Notes under the pieces: model-generated
The model's input: only the letters and a program-made list of their open reading frames with translations
What the model was told of the DNA's origin: nothing
Databases searched by the model: none
Source: an uncultured Acidobacteriota bacterium
GTDB lineage: Bacteria; Acidobacteriota; UBA6911
Assembly: GCA_963827655.1 (NCBI GenBank)
Contig: CAWHCF010000014.1
Location: 86,424-150,423, forward strand
Direction: 5' to 3'
DNA: 64,000 nt
In this document: piece by piece, positions 21,740-31,347 of the stretch
How the letters are laid out: each line of letters starts with the position of its first letter
Numbering within the stretch: the first letter of the stretch is position 1
Program-made: the position numbers and the translations under genes

Positions 21740-22162
21740 ATGACAGAACGGCAGATCCTCAATAATAAAGACTTTTCCGAGCTGATTGGCCTGGTTACTC
21801 AGCGACACCAGGACGGGACCTGCGTCTCGGAAATGGAGCTGGACCAGCGCCACTTCTCGCTGGCCGAGCGCGTGCACGGAGGCGTCCTGGCTTCAATGCT
21901 CGACACTACCCTGGGAGGTGCGGTGTTTGGCGGAATCCCGAAAGGGAAGGGATGCGCCACGCTGTCGCTGAACATTAATTTCTTTCGCCCGGTTACGGCC
22001 GGGAAACTGGTGTGCACGGCCCGGCTCGGAAACTTGTCGCGCCAGACGGCCTATGCGTCCGGCGAGATTCATGACGAGAAAGGTCGGCTTATCGCATCCG
22101 CAACCGCAACGTTCTTCCTGACACCTACCGTCCAACAGCCGCCTAAGAATTTCGCCCCGTAG
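21740..22162 (+). CDS. PaaI-family thioesterase
   Basis: VHGGVLASMLD and TLSLNINFFRPV hotdog motifs. Confidence 0.88.
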   Translation: MTERQILNNKDFSELIGLVTQRHQDGTCVSEMELDQRHFSLAERVHGGVLASMLDTTLGGAVFGGIPKGKGCATLSLNINFFRPVTAGKLVCTARLGNLSRQTAYASGEIHDEKGRLIASATATFFLTPTVQQPPKNFAP

Positions 22163-22323
22163 GTATCTTTTTTTCGTGTCTTTGTATCTTTGTGGTATTG
22201 GATTCATTCCCCTTTGTTGGATTTGCGATCGAAGGTTTCCGTGAGGGGTTTTTTAAATCGTCAATCGTCAATCGTAAATCGTCATCCGTTTCGCAGCCCT
22301 AACCACGAAGACACGAAGAATCT

Positions 22324-24786
22324 TCAGTGGCCGAGAAAGCGAATGCGCCCGGTGAAGACTCTTCCCTGCCCTCCACTGAAAGTTCGGAAATCGGGAGAGC
22401 TGATGTTGTTGTTCACTACCACCGGGTTGTGATGGCCCGTGATGTTGTTGAATCCTGCCCTTAACGCCCATTGCCAGCGCCCCACCCGAAAGCGTCGCTC
22501 CATATGGACATTCAAGCTGAAGTAATCGGGCAGGCGGCTGCCGTTGGGCGGGCCGATTAGTTCTTGAAGCTCGTTCACCACGGTATATGGAAAGCCCGTG
22601 TGCCACTCCATGAAATAGGCGACCGAGTATTTCTTCAGGAACGGGGCTGGAAGAAAGGCCCAGGAAATGACCCGGTTCGGAACATCCCAGTCGAGCGGCC
22701 CACCCGCCTGCCTGCCAAGAATCGGGTTCTCGAGAGAAAAGTCAATAACCGCCGTGGAACGCGCGCTCGAATAGGCGTAGGAAAGAAGCCACGGGTATTT
22801 CTCTTTGAACGTCCGCGTAGCCGTGAATTCCAGGAGGCGATAGTTGTCCCTGCGCAGATTGTCAAGCTGGAAAGCTCTCAGCAGTGAACTGTCGTCGAAC
22901 GAGGCGGGGCCGGCATCATAAGACCACCCGTTGCGCCCGTGCTTGCGGATAAAATTGCTGCGGAAGTAGAAAGACCCTGGTAACTTCTGCTCCCACCCCA
23001 CGCTCCAGTTCAAGTAAAAAGGGGGTTTCAAGCCATGCTCGTTAGCCCGATAGAAGCTGAGCACCGGTTCACGCATGGTCGTAAGTCCGTCTTCATCGTA
23101 GAACGTGTCCAAGCGCTGCTGATCCAACTCCCGGGTCAGGAGGTCCAGGTGCGTGGCATCGTAGAATACACCGATACCGGCTGAGAACTTGGAGTCCGGC
23201 GCCCGGGTGGGACTCCAGGTCGCCCCAATCCGGGGAGACCACAACGGCTCCCGAATGATCTGATCCCAATCGAATCGCATTCCAGCTTCGACCAGAAGCC
23301 TTTCATTGAGCGACCATCGGTCCTGGATAAAGCCTCCGAATTCGAAGTTGTGCCGGCCGAAATTCGGGTTGCCGCTGAATGAAACCGCTCGGGCCAGGCT
23401 TCCGGCGTAGCGATGCACCTCGAAAGGGCGGCGATCTGCCAGCTGGTCGTAGTCGATCTTGTTAGCGTCGATCCCGAACTTCACGCTGTGCTTCCCGCGC
23501 CAGTTCCACGACGGAAGGATGACGTTGGCCAGCCACTGCGCTCGCTGTACCATTCCCTCCGAGTTCAAGAAGTAATTGCCCGATCGGCCTTCAGGGCTGA
23601 TTTGATAGAGCTCTTCCCCAAGCGGGCGCTCCCTGGTATTGATCTGATTCAGCCCGAACCCCGTCTCCAGAACCCAGCCGCCCGGCAGAAAGGCCTGGTC
23701 CTTGATGTTAAAAAAATAGAAGCGCTCGCGCCGGTTCCGGCTGGTTTCAACCGGGTCCAGCGGCGTGATGCCCAGGTGGCGCGAGTTCTGAAAATTGACC
23801 ATCAGGCCAACGCTGAGAAGGTTGGAATCGGTGAGGTTCACTTGCACGCGGCTCAGATTGCTTCCGAACCAGTTTCGATTCTTATTCGCCGTCGAGGGAA
23901 GCTCGTCTATGATGTTCAAGTCGTACTGCAGTGACATGGCGTTAAAATACCAGGCCCGACCCTTGACAAGAGGTCCCGAAACCGTCCCGCGCGGGTTCCA
24001 GTTACTGATGCCGAACCCATCATGAAATTCGTAAGAAGGCAGAAAATTCGTGGCCGAAAACCGAAGCCGATCGTCGCCGCGCGAAGACTCCAGCGCCATG
24101 ACTCCGGCCGAGCCTTTGCCATGCTCAGCGGAGTAGCGGCTGGTCTCGAGCCTGACCGCCCGGATCGCATCCACGGAGATTCGATTTTCCAGGATGCCTG
24201 AAACCGGGCTGGTAATGTTGAAGCCATCCAGGCTGTAGAGCACCTGATCCTCCCCGCCCCCGTTCACATGAATTCTCCCTTTGGTATCTTTCACCACACC
24301 GGGGATCAATGGCAGGGAGTTGCGAAAATCGTGAGTCGCCGGGACCGGGATGTCGATGATCTGTTCAGAGGTAAGGGTATTCTGGACCGCTATCTCCTCT
24401 CGGTCGATGATGGGGGCGGAGTAAACGACGTCAACCTTCTCCTCATATTCCTGCTGGTGATTCAAGACAACTTCCAGAACGTTGGAGCCTTCGCGCAGAG
24501 ACATTGATTTGGAGACAAAAGCATAAAAGCCCTGCTTTTCGACCTTAATCTCACACTCACCCGGTGGAGCGGCGGTGAAGAGAAACCGCCCGATTTCATC
24601 ACTGCTACGATAGATGGGCGCGGGCAGGCTCGACCCGCTCAGAGTGACAAGCGCGCCTTCGACGGCCAGGCCGTTCTCATCCACGACTCTGCCGGACAGC
24701 TGCGTGGACGCGGCCCATAGCACTTGCCCGATCAGAAGGAACATGGTCGCCCCGATCGAGCCACGTGCACACCAGCGCTGGAACAT
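22324..24786 (-). CDS. TonB-dependent receptor with N-terminal carboxypeptidase-regulatory-like domain
   Basis: Signal peptide, SGRVVDENG, plug motifs LPLIPGV...YSLDGFNI and FIQDRW, C-terminal beta strand. Confidence 0.85.
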   Translation of the reverse strand: MFQRWCARGSIGATMFLLIGQVLWAASTQLSGRVVDENGLAVEGALVTLSGSSLPAPIYRSSDEIGRFLFTAAPPGECEIKVEKQGFYAFVSKSMSLREGSNVLEVVLNHQQEYEEKVDVVYSAPIIDREEIAVQNTLTSEQIIDIPVPATHDFRNSLPLIPGVVKDTKGRIHVNGGGEDQVLYSLDGFNITSPVSGILENRISVDAIRAVRLETSRYSAEHGKGSAGVMALESSRGDDRLRFSATNFLPSYEFHDGFGISNWNPRGTVSGPLVKGRAWYFNAMSLQYDLNIIDELPSTANKNRNWFGSNLSRVQVNLTDSNLLSVGLMVNFQNSRHLGITPLDPVETSRNRRERFYFFNIKDQAFLPGGWVLETGFGLNQINTRERPLGEELYQISPEGRSGNYFLNSEGMVQRAQWLANVILPSWNWRGKHSVKFGIDANKIDYDQLADRRPFEVHRYAGSLARAVSFSGNPNFGRHNFEFGGFIQDRWSLNERLLVEAGMRFDWDQIIREPLWSPRIGATWSPTRAPDSKFSAGIGVFYDATHLDLLTRELDQQRLDTFYDEDGLTTMREPVLSFYRANEHGLKPPFYLNWSVGWEQKLPGSFYFRSNFIRKHGRNGWSYDAGPASFDDSSLLRAFQLDNLRRDNYRLLEFTATRTFKEKYPWLLSYAYSSARSTAVIDFSLENPILGRQAGGPLDWDVPNRVISWAFLPAPFLKKYSVAYFMEWHTGFPYTVVNELQELIGPPNGSRLPDYFSLNVHMERRFRVGRWQWALRAGFNNITGHHNPVVVNNNISSPDFRTFSGGQGRVFTGRIRFLGH

Positions 24787-24825
24787 GAAACTATTTTAAC
24801 CTACAAGGACGTAACGATTCGAGAT

Positions 24826-25022
24826 CTTAGCGTTTTCTTTGTGTCCCTCGTGCGGCATTTTCTTTGTTTTTCGACACGTCCTTAGCGATTGTTTGAGTCT
24901 TAGTGTCTTAGCGGAGCTATCAGCTGTCAGCCGTCAGCTTCTGGACGAAGAACACTTGGTTGCGGCGGGAGGCTGCGTCTTCGAGTCTTAGTGGTGGCTT
25001 TTTTTTGAGCGCCAAGACGCGA
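24826..25022. repeat. cluster of mixed repeats (CACGAAGA-family halves and TCAGC heptamers)
   Basis: CTTAGCGTTTTCTTTGTGTC..., TTGAGTCTTAGTGTCTTAGCGG, GCTATCAGCTGTCAGCCGTCAGC and CTTCGAGTCTTAGTGG. Confidence 0.7.
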
Positions 25023-25031
25023 GGGCGTGGA

Positions 25032-25553
25032 TCAGAAAAGCCGGGACAGAATGTCGGAAGGAACCTCGGGGCGGAGGAGCGGATAGGCTTCCAGGATCCG
25101 TCCGATATCCGCGAGATCTTTTTGCCGCTTGCTGGGACGCCGCCCCTCGTCGGTCACTGCCCAGACTTTGGCACGCAGAAGATCCTTGATATCTGCGACC
25201 GGCATTTCTATTCCCAGGACCGGCATGGGTCTTGAGCGCGCAACGAAATCGAAGTAGCGCGGATCCGTTTGGATCTGCACGCGCAAGTCCGAACCTGGAA
25301 ACGACAGGTTAATGCTGTGGGGGAAGCGTTCGGCTTTGAAATCGCGAGACAACTTTCGCACGGCATCTTCGATCTGCTCCGAAGCCAGCACCAGGTCAAG
25401 ATCGAGACTGACGAGAGGTTCGACATAGGCGTTGATGCCCTGGCCCCCGATAACGCAGAACTTGATCTGCGCCTTCTCGAGCCACTCGAGGAGCTTGGCG
25501 AGCGCGCCGGACTCATCGGACACTATGGTTCTCCAGAACTCTGCGGCAAGCAT
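25032..25553 (-). CDS. nucleotidyltransferase-family protein (Pol-beta fold, AbiEii/MNT-like)
   Basis: VIGGQG.NAY.EP..SLDLDLV motif; C-terminal K...R..K..KD..D pattern. Confidence 0.75.
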   Translation of the reverse strand: MLAAEFWRTIVSDESGALAKLLEWLEKAQIKFCVIGGQGINAYVEPLVSLDLDLVLASEQIEDAVRKLSRDFKAERFPHSINLSFPGSDLRVQIQTDPRYFDFVARSRPMPVLGIEMPVADIKDLLRAKVWAVTDEGRRPSKRQKDLADIGRILEAYPLLRPEVPSDILSRLF

Positions 25554-25557
25554 CACT

Positions 25558-25640
25558 TCGATTGACGATTGACGATTGACGATTGACGATTGCAACGTTC
25601 GCAATCGTAAATCGTCAATCGTAAATCGTCAATCGTCAAT
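25558..25640. repeat. inverted heptamer arrays (GACGATT)n/(AATCGTC)n
   Basis: Directly visible; fills almost the entire intergenic space. Confidence 0.95.
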
Positions 25641-26108
25641 CTACTGGACTTCGGTTACGGGTTTTCCATAGGGGATGACCGGTTGGATCCGGCTAGAGGG
25701 CTCGGCCGATTCAATCCGCCACGACTCGCCCTCTTTCCTCAAGCTCATGCGCTGGCGCTCGTTCTGATCCTGGTAGACATATTCGACCACGAGGGTTGCG
25801 GCGCCTTCGCCGGATCGCTGAACATCATAGACAGCGACGCCCTTCACCTTTTCAATGCTCTCCCTGAGATACTCCGAGAACCGGGGGAGTGTCATTCCGC
25901 GCGCCGTAACCTCCAGTTGCTCGCGCATCGACCCGGTGAAGCAATCCATGTATCCCTCGACGCTTCCCGCGCGGGATTGATCCAGCACCCGCCAGATCAC
26001 ATTCTCCGGTTCCTCGGGAGTCTTGGGCCGCTGACGGTAGGACAGAAAGACTGCGCCGGCAACCAGCGCAAGAGTCAATGCGAATGCGAAAGCCTTTTTC
26101 GAAGCCAT
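25641..26108 (-). CDS. small single-TM membrane-anchored protein with a possible NTF2-like domain; fourth gene of the ATPase-HflKC operon
   Basis: N-terminal hydrophobic helix; C-terminal KEGESWRI strand pattern; co-oriented with hflK. Confidence 0.7.
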   Translation of the reverse strand: MASKKAFAFALTLALVAGAVFLSYRQRPKTPEEPENVIWRVLDQSRAGSVEGYMDCFTGSMREQLEVTARGMTLPRFSEYLRESIEKVKGVAVYDVQRSGEGAATLVVEYVYQDQNERQRMSLRKEGESWRIESAEPSSRIQPVIPYGKPVTEVQ

Positions 26109-26114
26109 GTCTCA

Positions 26115-26185
26115 CGATTGACGATTTACGATTGACGTTCCACGTTCTCCAAAATCGTCAATCGTAAATCGTAAATCGTCAATCG
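26115..26185. repeat. inverted heptamer arrays
   Basis: Directly visible; contains the TGA of the upstream HflK gene. Confidence 0.9.
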
Positions 26186-27195
26186 TTGGGTCTCTTCTCG
26201 ATCAAATCGAGATCGATTCCTCCAGATCCGGATTCAACCACGATCTTCTTCAGCCGAGGCAGCACCTCCTCCATCGTCTCCAGAAAAAGCCGGGCGCTCG
26301 TGACATCGCGCGCGCGGGCATACTCCGTCGCCAGGCTTACGAATCGAGCTGCGTCACCCTCGGCCTCGTTGATCTTGCGCTCGCAGTAACTGGTGGCTTC
26401 GGCCGTCAAGCGGGAAGCTTCGCCGCGCGCCCGAGGCACCACGGCATTTAAATAGCTTTCCGCCTCCTGCATGATTCGGTCCTTGTCTTCTCGAGCGCTT
26501 GCCACGTCGCGGAAGGCTTCCAGAACTTCGTCGGGGGGAGCGATGGATTCAAGGCTGATGCTCGAGATGAGCGCGCCGCAGCGGTACTCATCAAGCAGGT
26601 TCTGGGCGGATGACTGCACTTCCTGCTGTACCACGACCTTTTCGGTCGTAAGCAAGTCATCCACCCTGCGCCGCACAATCACGGCGGAGAGCGCGGTCTC
26701 CACGGATTTGGCGATCACGGATGTTACATTGCTGGCGTGGAAGAGGTACGCGACCGGATCCTGCACCGTGTACTGCACCGCCAGACGCACATTAATGATG
26801 TTCTGGTCGCCGGTCAGGAACTGCGCTCTGACTTCGCCGGCGCCGCGGCCGAGGACCTGATCCGGGGCTTCTACTCCGACGGTGAGGCGTTTGGTTTCAA
26901 GCACCTTCAGCTTGTGAACCTGGGCCAGAGGATACGGCCAGGTCCAGTGAATGCCGGGAGGGACGCGTGTCTCGTGGACCCGGCCGAACAACAAGACTAC
27001 CGCCTGCTGGTCGGCAAAAACGAAAAAGAAGCCCGAGAGCACATAAAGTACTGCAAGCACAGCCAGAAGGTGACGCCGGTTCCGGCGCTCCAGCCAGTGA
27101 TCGGCTCGGTGTGCAATCGAATGAAACAGGCGGAGACCACGGCCCTGGTCGTGGTGGTGCGAGTGATTATGGCCGCTAGTGTTATTGTGCCCCAA
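26179..27195 (-). CDS. hflK: HflK-like SPFH protein with His-rich N-terminus
   Basis: PGIHWTWPYP, FLTGDQNII, AFRDVASARED, EAESY...VPRARGEA, AEGDAARF and RLFLETMEEVL. TTG start after GGGGAGGGG, overlapping the hflC stop. Confidence 0.88.
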   Translation of the reverse strand: MGHNNTSGHNHSHHHDQGRGLRLFHSIAHRADHWLERRNRRHLLAVLAVLYVLSGFFFVFADQQAVVLLFGRVHETRVPPGIHWTWPYPLAQVHKLKVLETKRLTVGVEAPDQVLGRGAGEVRAQFLTGDQNIINVRLAVQYTVQDPVAYLFHASNVTSVIAKSVETALSAVIVRRRVDDLLTTEKVVVQQEVQSSAQNLLDEYRCGALISSISLESIAPPDEVLEAFRDVASAREDKDRIMQEAESYLNAVVPRARGEASRLTAEATSYCERKINEAEGDAARFVSLATEYARARDVTSARLFLETMEEVLPRLKKIVVESGSGGIDLDLIEKRPND

Positions 27196-28060
27196 CCTTA
27201 CCCCTCCCCTGGGTCAGCAGTTTCAAGAGTTCTGAATCTGAAGACAGGATGATGCTGGTCTTGTCGTCCAGGATTCGCTTGTAGGAATCGAGGGTCCGAA
27301 CCAGCTTGTAGAACTGGGGATCGCGAGAGTATGCCTCTCCGTAGATCCGGGTGGATTCCGCGTCGCCATGACCGCGAAGCTTTTCCGCTTCGCGATAGGC
27401 CTCGGCCAGCATCACCTCTCTTTGCCTGTCGGCGTCGGCCCTGATTTGTATCGCCCTTTCCTCACCCTCGGCCCGGTACTGCTTGGCGATTCTCTCCCGC
27501 TCCGCGCGCATACGGGCGAACACCGACTTCTTGTTCTGTTCGGGAAAGGTCAAGCGCTTGAGCTGCACATCCATCACCTGGATTCCAAACTGATCGCCCG
27601 ACACCTTGCGCCGAACCGCCTGAGTCACCTCGGCCGTTTTGATGCGGCTCGGCTCCACCGACACCAGGTCTTCCAGTTTCAGATTGCCCAGCTCCGCTGC
27701 CAGGGCCGCCCAGACGATGTCGTGGAGTCGCATCTCGGCGGTCACGACGTCTCCGACCGTCTGAAGGAAACGATTCGGATCCGATATGCGCCAGATGACA
27801 TCGCTATCAAGAACCAGATTCTTCTTGTCGCGAGTCAGGAATTCGGAAGGCCTGGGGTTGTATACCAGGAGCCTCTTCTCAAACCGCAGCAATCGCTGGA
27901 TCGGCCACTTCAAGTACAGGCCTGCATGCAGGACGGTGCGTACCGGTTTGCCGAACAACGTAACGATGCCCGTCTCGGTCTCCGGCATAACATAGAATGA
28001 GTTCCAAACGATCAGGACGGCGATGAGTACCAGCGCCGCACGCTTCCAACGATCATTCAT
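27182..28060 (-). CDS. hflC: HflC-like SPFH protein
   Basis: LTRDKKNLVLD, RMRAERERIAKQYRAEGEE, LRGHGDA and AYSRDPQFY...R.LDSY. Confidence 0.92.
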   Translation of the reverse strand: MNDRWKRAALVLIAVLIVWNSFYVMPETETGIVTLFGKPVRTVLHAGLYLKWPIQRLLRFEKRLLVYNPRPSEFLTRDKKNLVLDSDVIWRISDPNRFLQTVGDVVTAEMRLHDIVWAALAAELGNLKLEDLVSVEPSRIKTAEVTQAVRRKVSGDQFGIQVMDVQLKRLTFPEQNKKSVFARMRAERERIAKQYRAEGEERAIQIRADADRQREVMLAEAYREAEKLRGHGDAESTRIYGEAYSRDPQFYKLVRTLDSYKRILDDKTSIILSSDSELLKLLTQGRGKVGAQ

Positions 28061-28073
28061 AATCTCTCCATTT

Positions 28074-28131
28074 AAGCAGTCAGCTGTCAGCTATCAGCAG
28101 TCAGCCATCAGATTCTGCCTACTGCCTACTA
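28074..28131. repeat. heptamer arrays (TCAGCAG/TCAGCTA and GCCTACT)
   Basis: AGCAGTCAGCTGTCAGCTATCAGCAGTCAGCCATCAG...CTGCCTACTGCCTACTA; begins at the ATPase stop codon. Confidence 0.8.
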
Positions 28132-31100
28132 CCGTTGCCTGCTACCGTCGCCTGCTTCCTGCTGCTTTTCCTTACCCGGCTCGACCAGGTTGAGCAGGTT
28201 CAAGTCTTTGGCATCCAGAAACAAGAATCTGCGCCTCCCAAGCTTCTTGGAATCGGCAATATACTTTTGCTTGTTGGGGAGCACCTGTTCAACGGTCTCA
28301 AAATAGAGCCGCAGGCTGGTGACCTCGGGAACCTTGCGATAGGCCTGCTCTCTTTCCGCGAAGCGGGCGCTTTCACCGCGACTTCGTTCGATGCGGGATT
28401 TGGAGTAACCCTCGGCCGCCAGAAGACGCGCGCGAGCCTGGCCTCGCGCCAGGGGGACTTGTTCCAACAAGTAACTCTCGGCTTCGTTGATGCGCGTGCT
28501 CTTCTCCTCCAGCGCGCTGGCGACGTCCCTGAACGACTCGACCACCTCCACCGGAGGATGAACGTCCTGAAGGCGCACCGACAGCACTTCAAGCCCGCTG
28601 TCGTATCGTTTCAGCATCTCACTCAACTCTCCCTGCCACGCCAGCTCGATTTGAGATCTCTGGTCGGTCAGGATGGCATCGAGAGGATGCCGCGCCACAA
28701 TCCAGCGCAGCGTCCGCTCCGCGACTACACGAATCAGGGTCTCGGGTTCCTTTACGTTAAAGAGATAGAACGCGGGATCGCGAATGCTGTACTGAGCCAC
28801 CGCGTTGACTTCGACCAGGTTTTCATCGCCGGTAAGCATCAGCGATTCCTCGGCAACTTTTCGATAGCGTCCCTGCCGATGCTGCGTATTCCACTCGTAG
28901 ACGCTCGGTCCCTCTTCGCCTGACGCGGCCTCCAAGTTAGTCCGGTAGCCGATCTCCACGACCTGAACCCGGCGCGGTGCCAGTCGAGTCACCTTCTCGA
29001 TCGGCCAGGGCCAGCGGTAGTGGATACCTGGATCGAGGTTCACGGCCAGACGGCCGAAACGCCAGACCACGCCCACCTGATCGGGTCCCACCAGGACCAG
29101 CCCGGACAGTATCCAGAGCAACGTTATCGCCGCAACACTCCAATCGCGGATCGCGCGGCGGTTGTGCGAGAGCTTGTGTGAAAACTCGTGCCAACCATGT
29201 AGGGCCAGGTGCTGACGGGCGTGCTGCCAGCGATGCCGCCAGACGGACGCGGCGGCTGACAGCCGGGATTCCTCTACCGCCTTTCCTTCGATCAGCAAGC
29301 GAACACAATTCAGGATCACAAAAAGAGAGGCCGCCTGGTGAACAATCGCCGCGATCGGCGGACTAAGATAGCCGAAGGCTGCGCCCAGGATCGCGATCAG
29401 ATTCACGCCGAAGGCGAACAGGATAATGCTGGAACGGATGCGCTGGATGGTCTTGCGCGCGAAGGCGATAAGATCCGGGATCTGTTCGAGGCGATCCTTG
29501 AGGAAGACTACATGAGCCGCTTCGGCGCTTATGTCCGCGGCGCCCCGCCCCATCGCAAGGCCCACGTCAGCGACCGCAAGGGAAGGTGAGTCATTGACGC
29601 CATCGCCGGCCATCAGAATGCGCAGTCCCTCGTTGCGCAGTTCGCGAATCTTCTGGGCTTTGTCCTCCGGCAGCAAACGGGCATAGACCTCGGAGATGCC
29701 CGCCTGCCGGCCGATGTTTTTTGCCGCCAGCTCCTCGTCGCCGGTTACCATCAAGATGCGGGAGATTCCCATTTCCTTGAGGCGCAGCACCGCGTCCGCA
29801 GCATCCGGGCGGAGAGGGTCGCTGAGACCGATTACGCCGATCGGCTTGCCATCCGCCAGCACAATCACTCGTGTCTGACCACTGTGCGCGCCGGCGAAGA
29901 GGGCGGCCTCGGCCCAATCCAGGTTTTCGGCGGCAGCTTCGCGAGCCAGAGCGAGGTTTCCGACCCGTACCTGCTTGCCGTCAATCCGGGCCTGCACTCC
30001 CAGCCCGGGGCGTATGGAAAAATCCTTCGGGTCCTGAAGGGCGAGTCCGCGACGGGCCGCCTCCTTTACAATCTCCCGTCCCAGCAAGTGCTCGGACGGT
30101 TTTTCCGCGGCCGCGGCCAGAGCGAGTAAATCGTCCTCGGGCACACCGGGTGCGGGCACGACGTCGCTCACACGGGGGCGGCCTGCCGTCAGAGTGCCGG
30201 TCTTATCGAAGGCAACGGCCCGAACCCGCGCCAGCGCCTCGATAATGGTCCCCCCTTTGACGAGCACTCCCTCCCGCGCCAGACGCGCGATCGATGCCGC
30301 TACCGCCGCAGGAGTCGCCAGCACCAAAGCGCAGGGACATGCAACAATGAGCGCGGCGACGGCTCGAAGCGTCTCTCCGGTGAAGAAGTAAATAGCGCCG
30401 CCCGCGACGAGGACCACGGGGAGGAAGTACTTGGCAAATTCGTCCGCCGTGCGTTCTATCGGAGCGCGGTGTTTCTGAGCTTCAGCAATAAGACGGCTGA
30501 TACGAGCCAGGGTCGTGTGCTCGCCCACCCTCTCAGCCCGGGCTTCGAGCACGCCGTATTCATTCACACTGCCGCTATAAAGGGCATCCCCGGGGCTCTT
30601 CTGGGCCGGAAGGGGCTCACCGGTGATCATGCTCTCGTCAACCGAGGACTGGCCCAGCACGACGATCCCATCCACCGGAACCTTCTCTCCGGCCCTGACT
30701 ATGACGGTATCGCCAACCCTCACCTCATTGGGATGTAGCTCGACCTCGGCCCCGTCGCGCCGGACGCGGGCCACCGTGGGGGTCATTTGAACAAAACCGG
30801 CTATCGCCCGCTTGGCGCGGGCGACGGTGTAGTGTTCCAGCCCCTCTCCCACCAGCATGATGAACATGACTTCGGCGGCGGCGAAGTATTCACCGACAGC
30901 GACGGCAGCGATGGCCGCGACTGCGATCGCAAGGTCCGCCGACAGCCGACGACTGAGCAGGTCGAGCATGGCCTGGTAGATGATCTTGTAGCCCGCGACA
31001 ATTGCGATCAGAAGCGCCGTGTTGAAGCCAAACAGGGTGGTAAACTTGCCGAGACCGTTCAGCAGCAATAACACCCCGACGGCCGCGGTGAAGGCAAAGT

Positions 31101-31185
31101 AGCCCCACATCGATGTGCCATGCACATGGACGTGGTCCCCATGCGTACCGGGGGAATGATCATGATCATGAAACGATCCGCTCAC
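28129..31185 (-). CDS. heavy-metal P1B-type ATPase fused to a C-terminal HflK/SPFH domain (1018 aa)
   Basis: ATPase part: His-rich N-terminus, [32 protein letters not shown]. After a further TM: [34 protein letters not shown] and [11 protein letters not shown] (HflK). Confidence 0.9.
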   Translation of the reverse strand: MSGSFHDHDHSPGTHGDHVHVHGTSMWGYFAFTAAVGVLLLLNGLGKFTTLFGFNTALLIAIVAGYKIIYQAMLDLLSRRLSADLAIAVAAIAAVAVGEYFAAAEVMFIMLVGEGLEHYTVARAKRAIAGFVQMTPTVARVRRDGAEVELHPNEVRVGDTVIVRAGEKVPVDGIVVLGQSSVDESMITGEPLPAQKSPGDALYSGSVNEYGVLEARAERVGEHTTLARISRLIAEAQKHRAPIERTADEFAKYFLPVVLVAGGAIYFFTGETLRAVAALIVACPCALVLATPAAVAASIARLAREGVLVKGGTIIEALARVRAVAFDKTGTLTAGRPRVSDVVPAPGVPEDDLLALAAAAEKPSEHLLGREIVKEAARRGLALQDPKDFSIRPGLGVQARIDGKQVRVGNLALAREAAAENLDWAEAALFAGAHSGQTRVIVLADGKPIGVIGLSDPLRPDAADAVLRLKEMGISRILMVTGDEELAAKNIGRQAGISEVYARLLPEDKAQKIRELRNEGLRILMAGDGVNDSPSLAVADVGLAMGRGAADISAEAAHVVFLKDRLEQIPDLIAFARKTIQRIRSSIILFAFGVNLIAILGAAFGYLSPPIAAIVHQAASLFVILNCVRLLIEGKAVEESRLSAAASVWRHRWQHARQHLALHGWHEFSHKLSHNRRAIRDWSVAAITLLWILSGLVLVGPDQVGVVWRFGRLAVNLDPGIHYRWPWPIEKVTRLAPRRVQVVEIGYRTNLEAASGEEGPSVYEWNTQHRQGRYRKVAEESLMLTGDENLVEVNAVAQYSIRDPAFYLFNVKEPETLIRVVAERTLRWIVARHPLDAILTDQRSQIELAWQGELSEMLKRYDSGLEVLSVRLQDVHPPVEVVESFRDVASALEEKSTRINEAESYLLEQVPLARGQARARLLAAEGYSKSRIERSRGESARFAEREQAYRKVPEVTSLRLYFETVEQVLPNKQKYIADSKKLGRRRFLFLDAKDLNLLNLVEPGKEKQQEAGDGSRQR

Positions 31186-31251
31186 TCAAGCTCCCTTTGA
31201 ATAGACAATCATTAACATAAAGAGGCCGGGACAGAAAGCCTGATGCTTCCC

Positions 31252-31322
31252 AAAAAGTAGAAAGTAAAAAGTGCTGAGTTGAAAGTTGCCTTTTTACTCA
31301 GCACTCAGCACTTTTTACTTTT
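31252..31322. repeat. 19-bp perfect inverted repeat built from heptamer units in the divergent promoter region
   Basis: AAAGTAAAAAGTGCTGAGT (31261-31279) / ACTCAGCACTTTTTACTTT (31303-31321). Confidence 0.85.
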
Positions 31323-31330
31323 CTTAGGGC

Positions 31331-31336
31331 TATAAT
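31331..31336 (+). promoter_or_regulatory. candidate -10 box for the ANTAR gene (very short leader)
   Basis: TATAAT 11 nt upstream of the ATG; no SD and no clear -35. Confidence 0.4.
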
Positions 31337-31347
31337 CACTGACTCAT

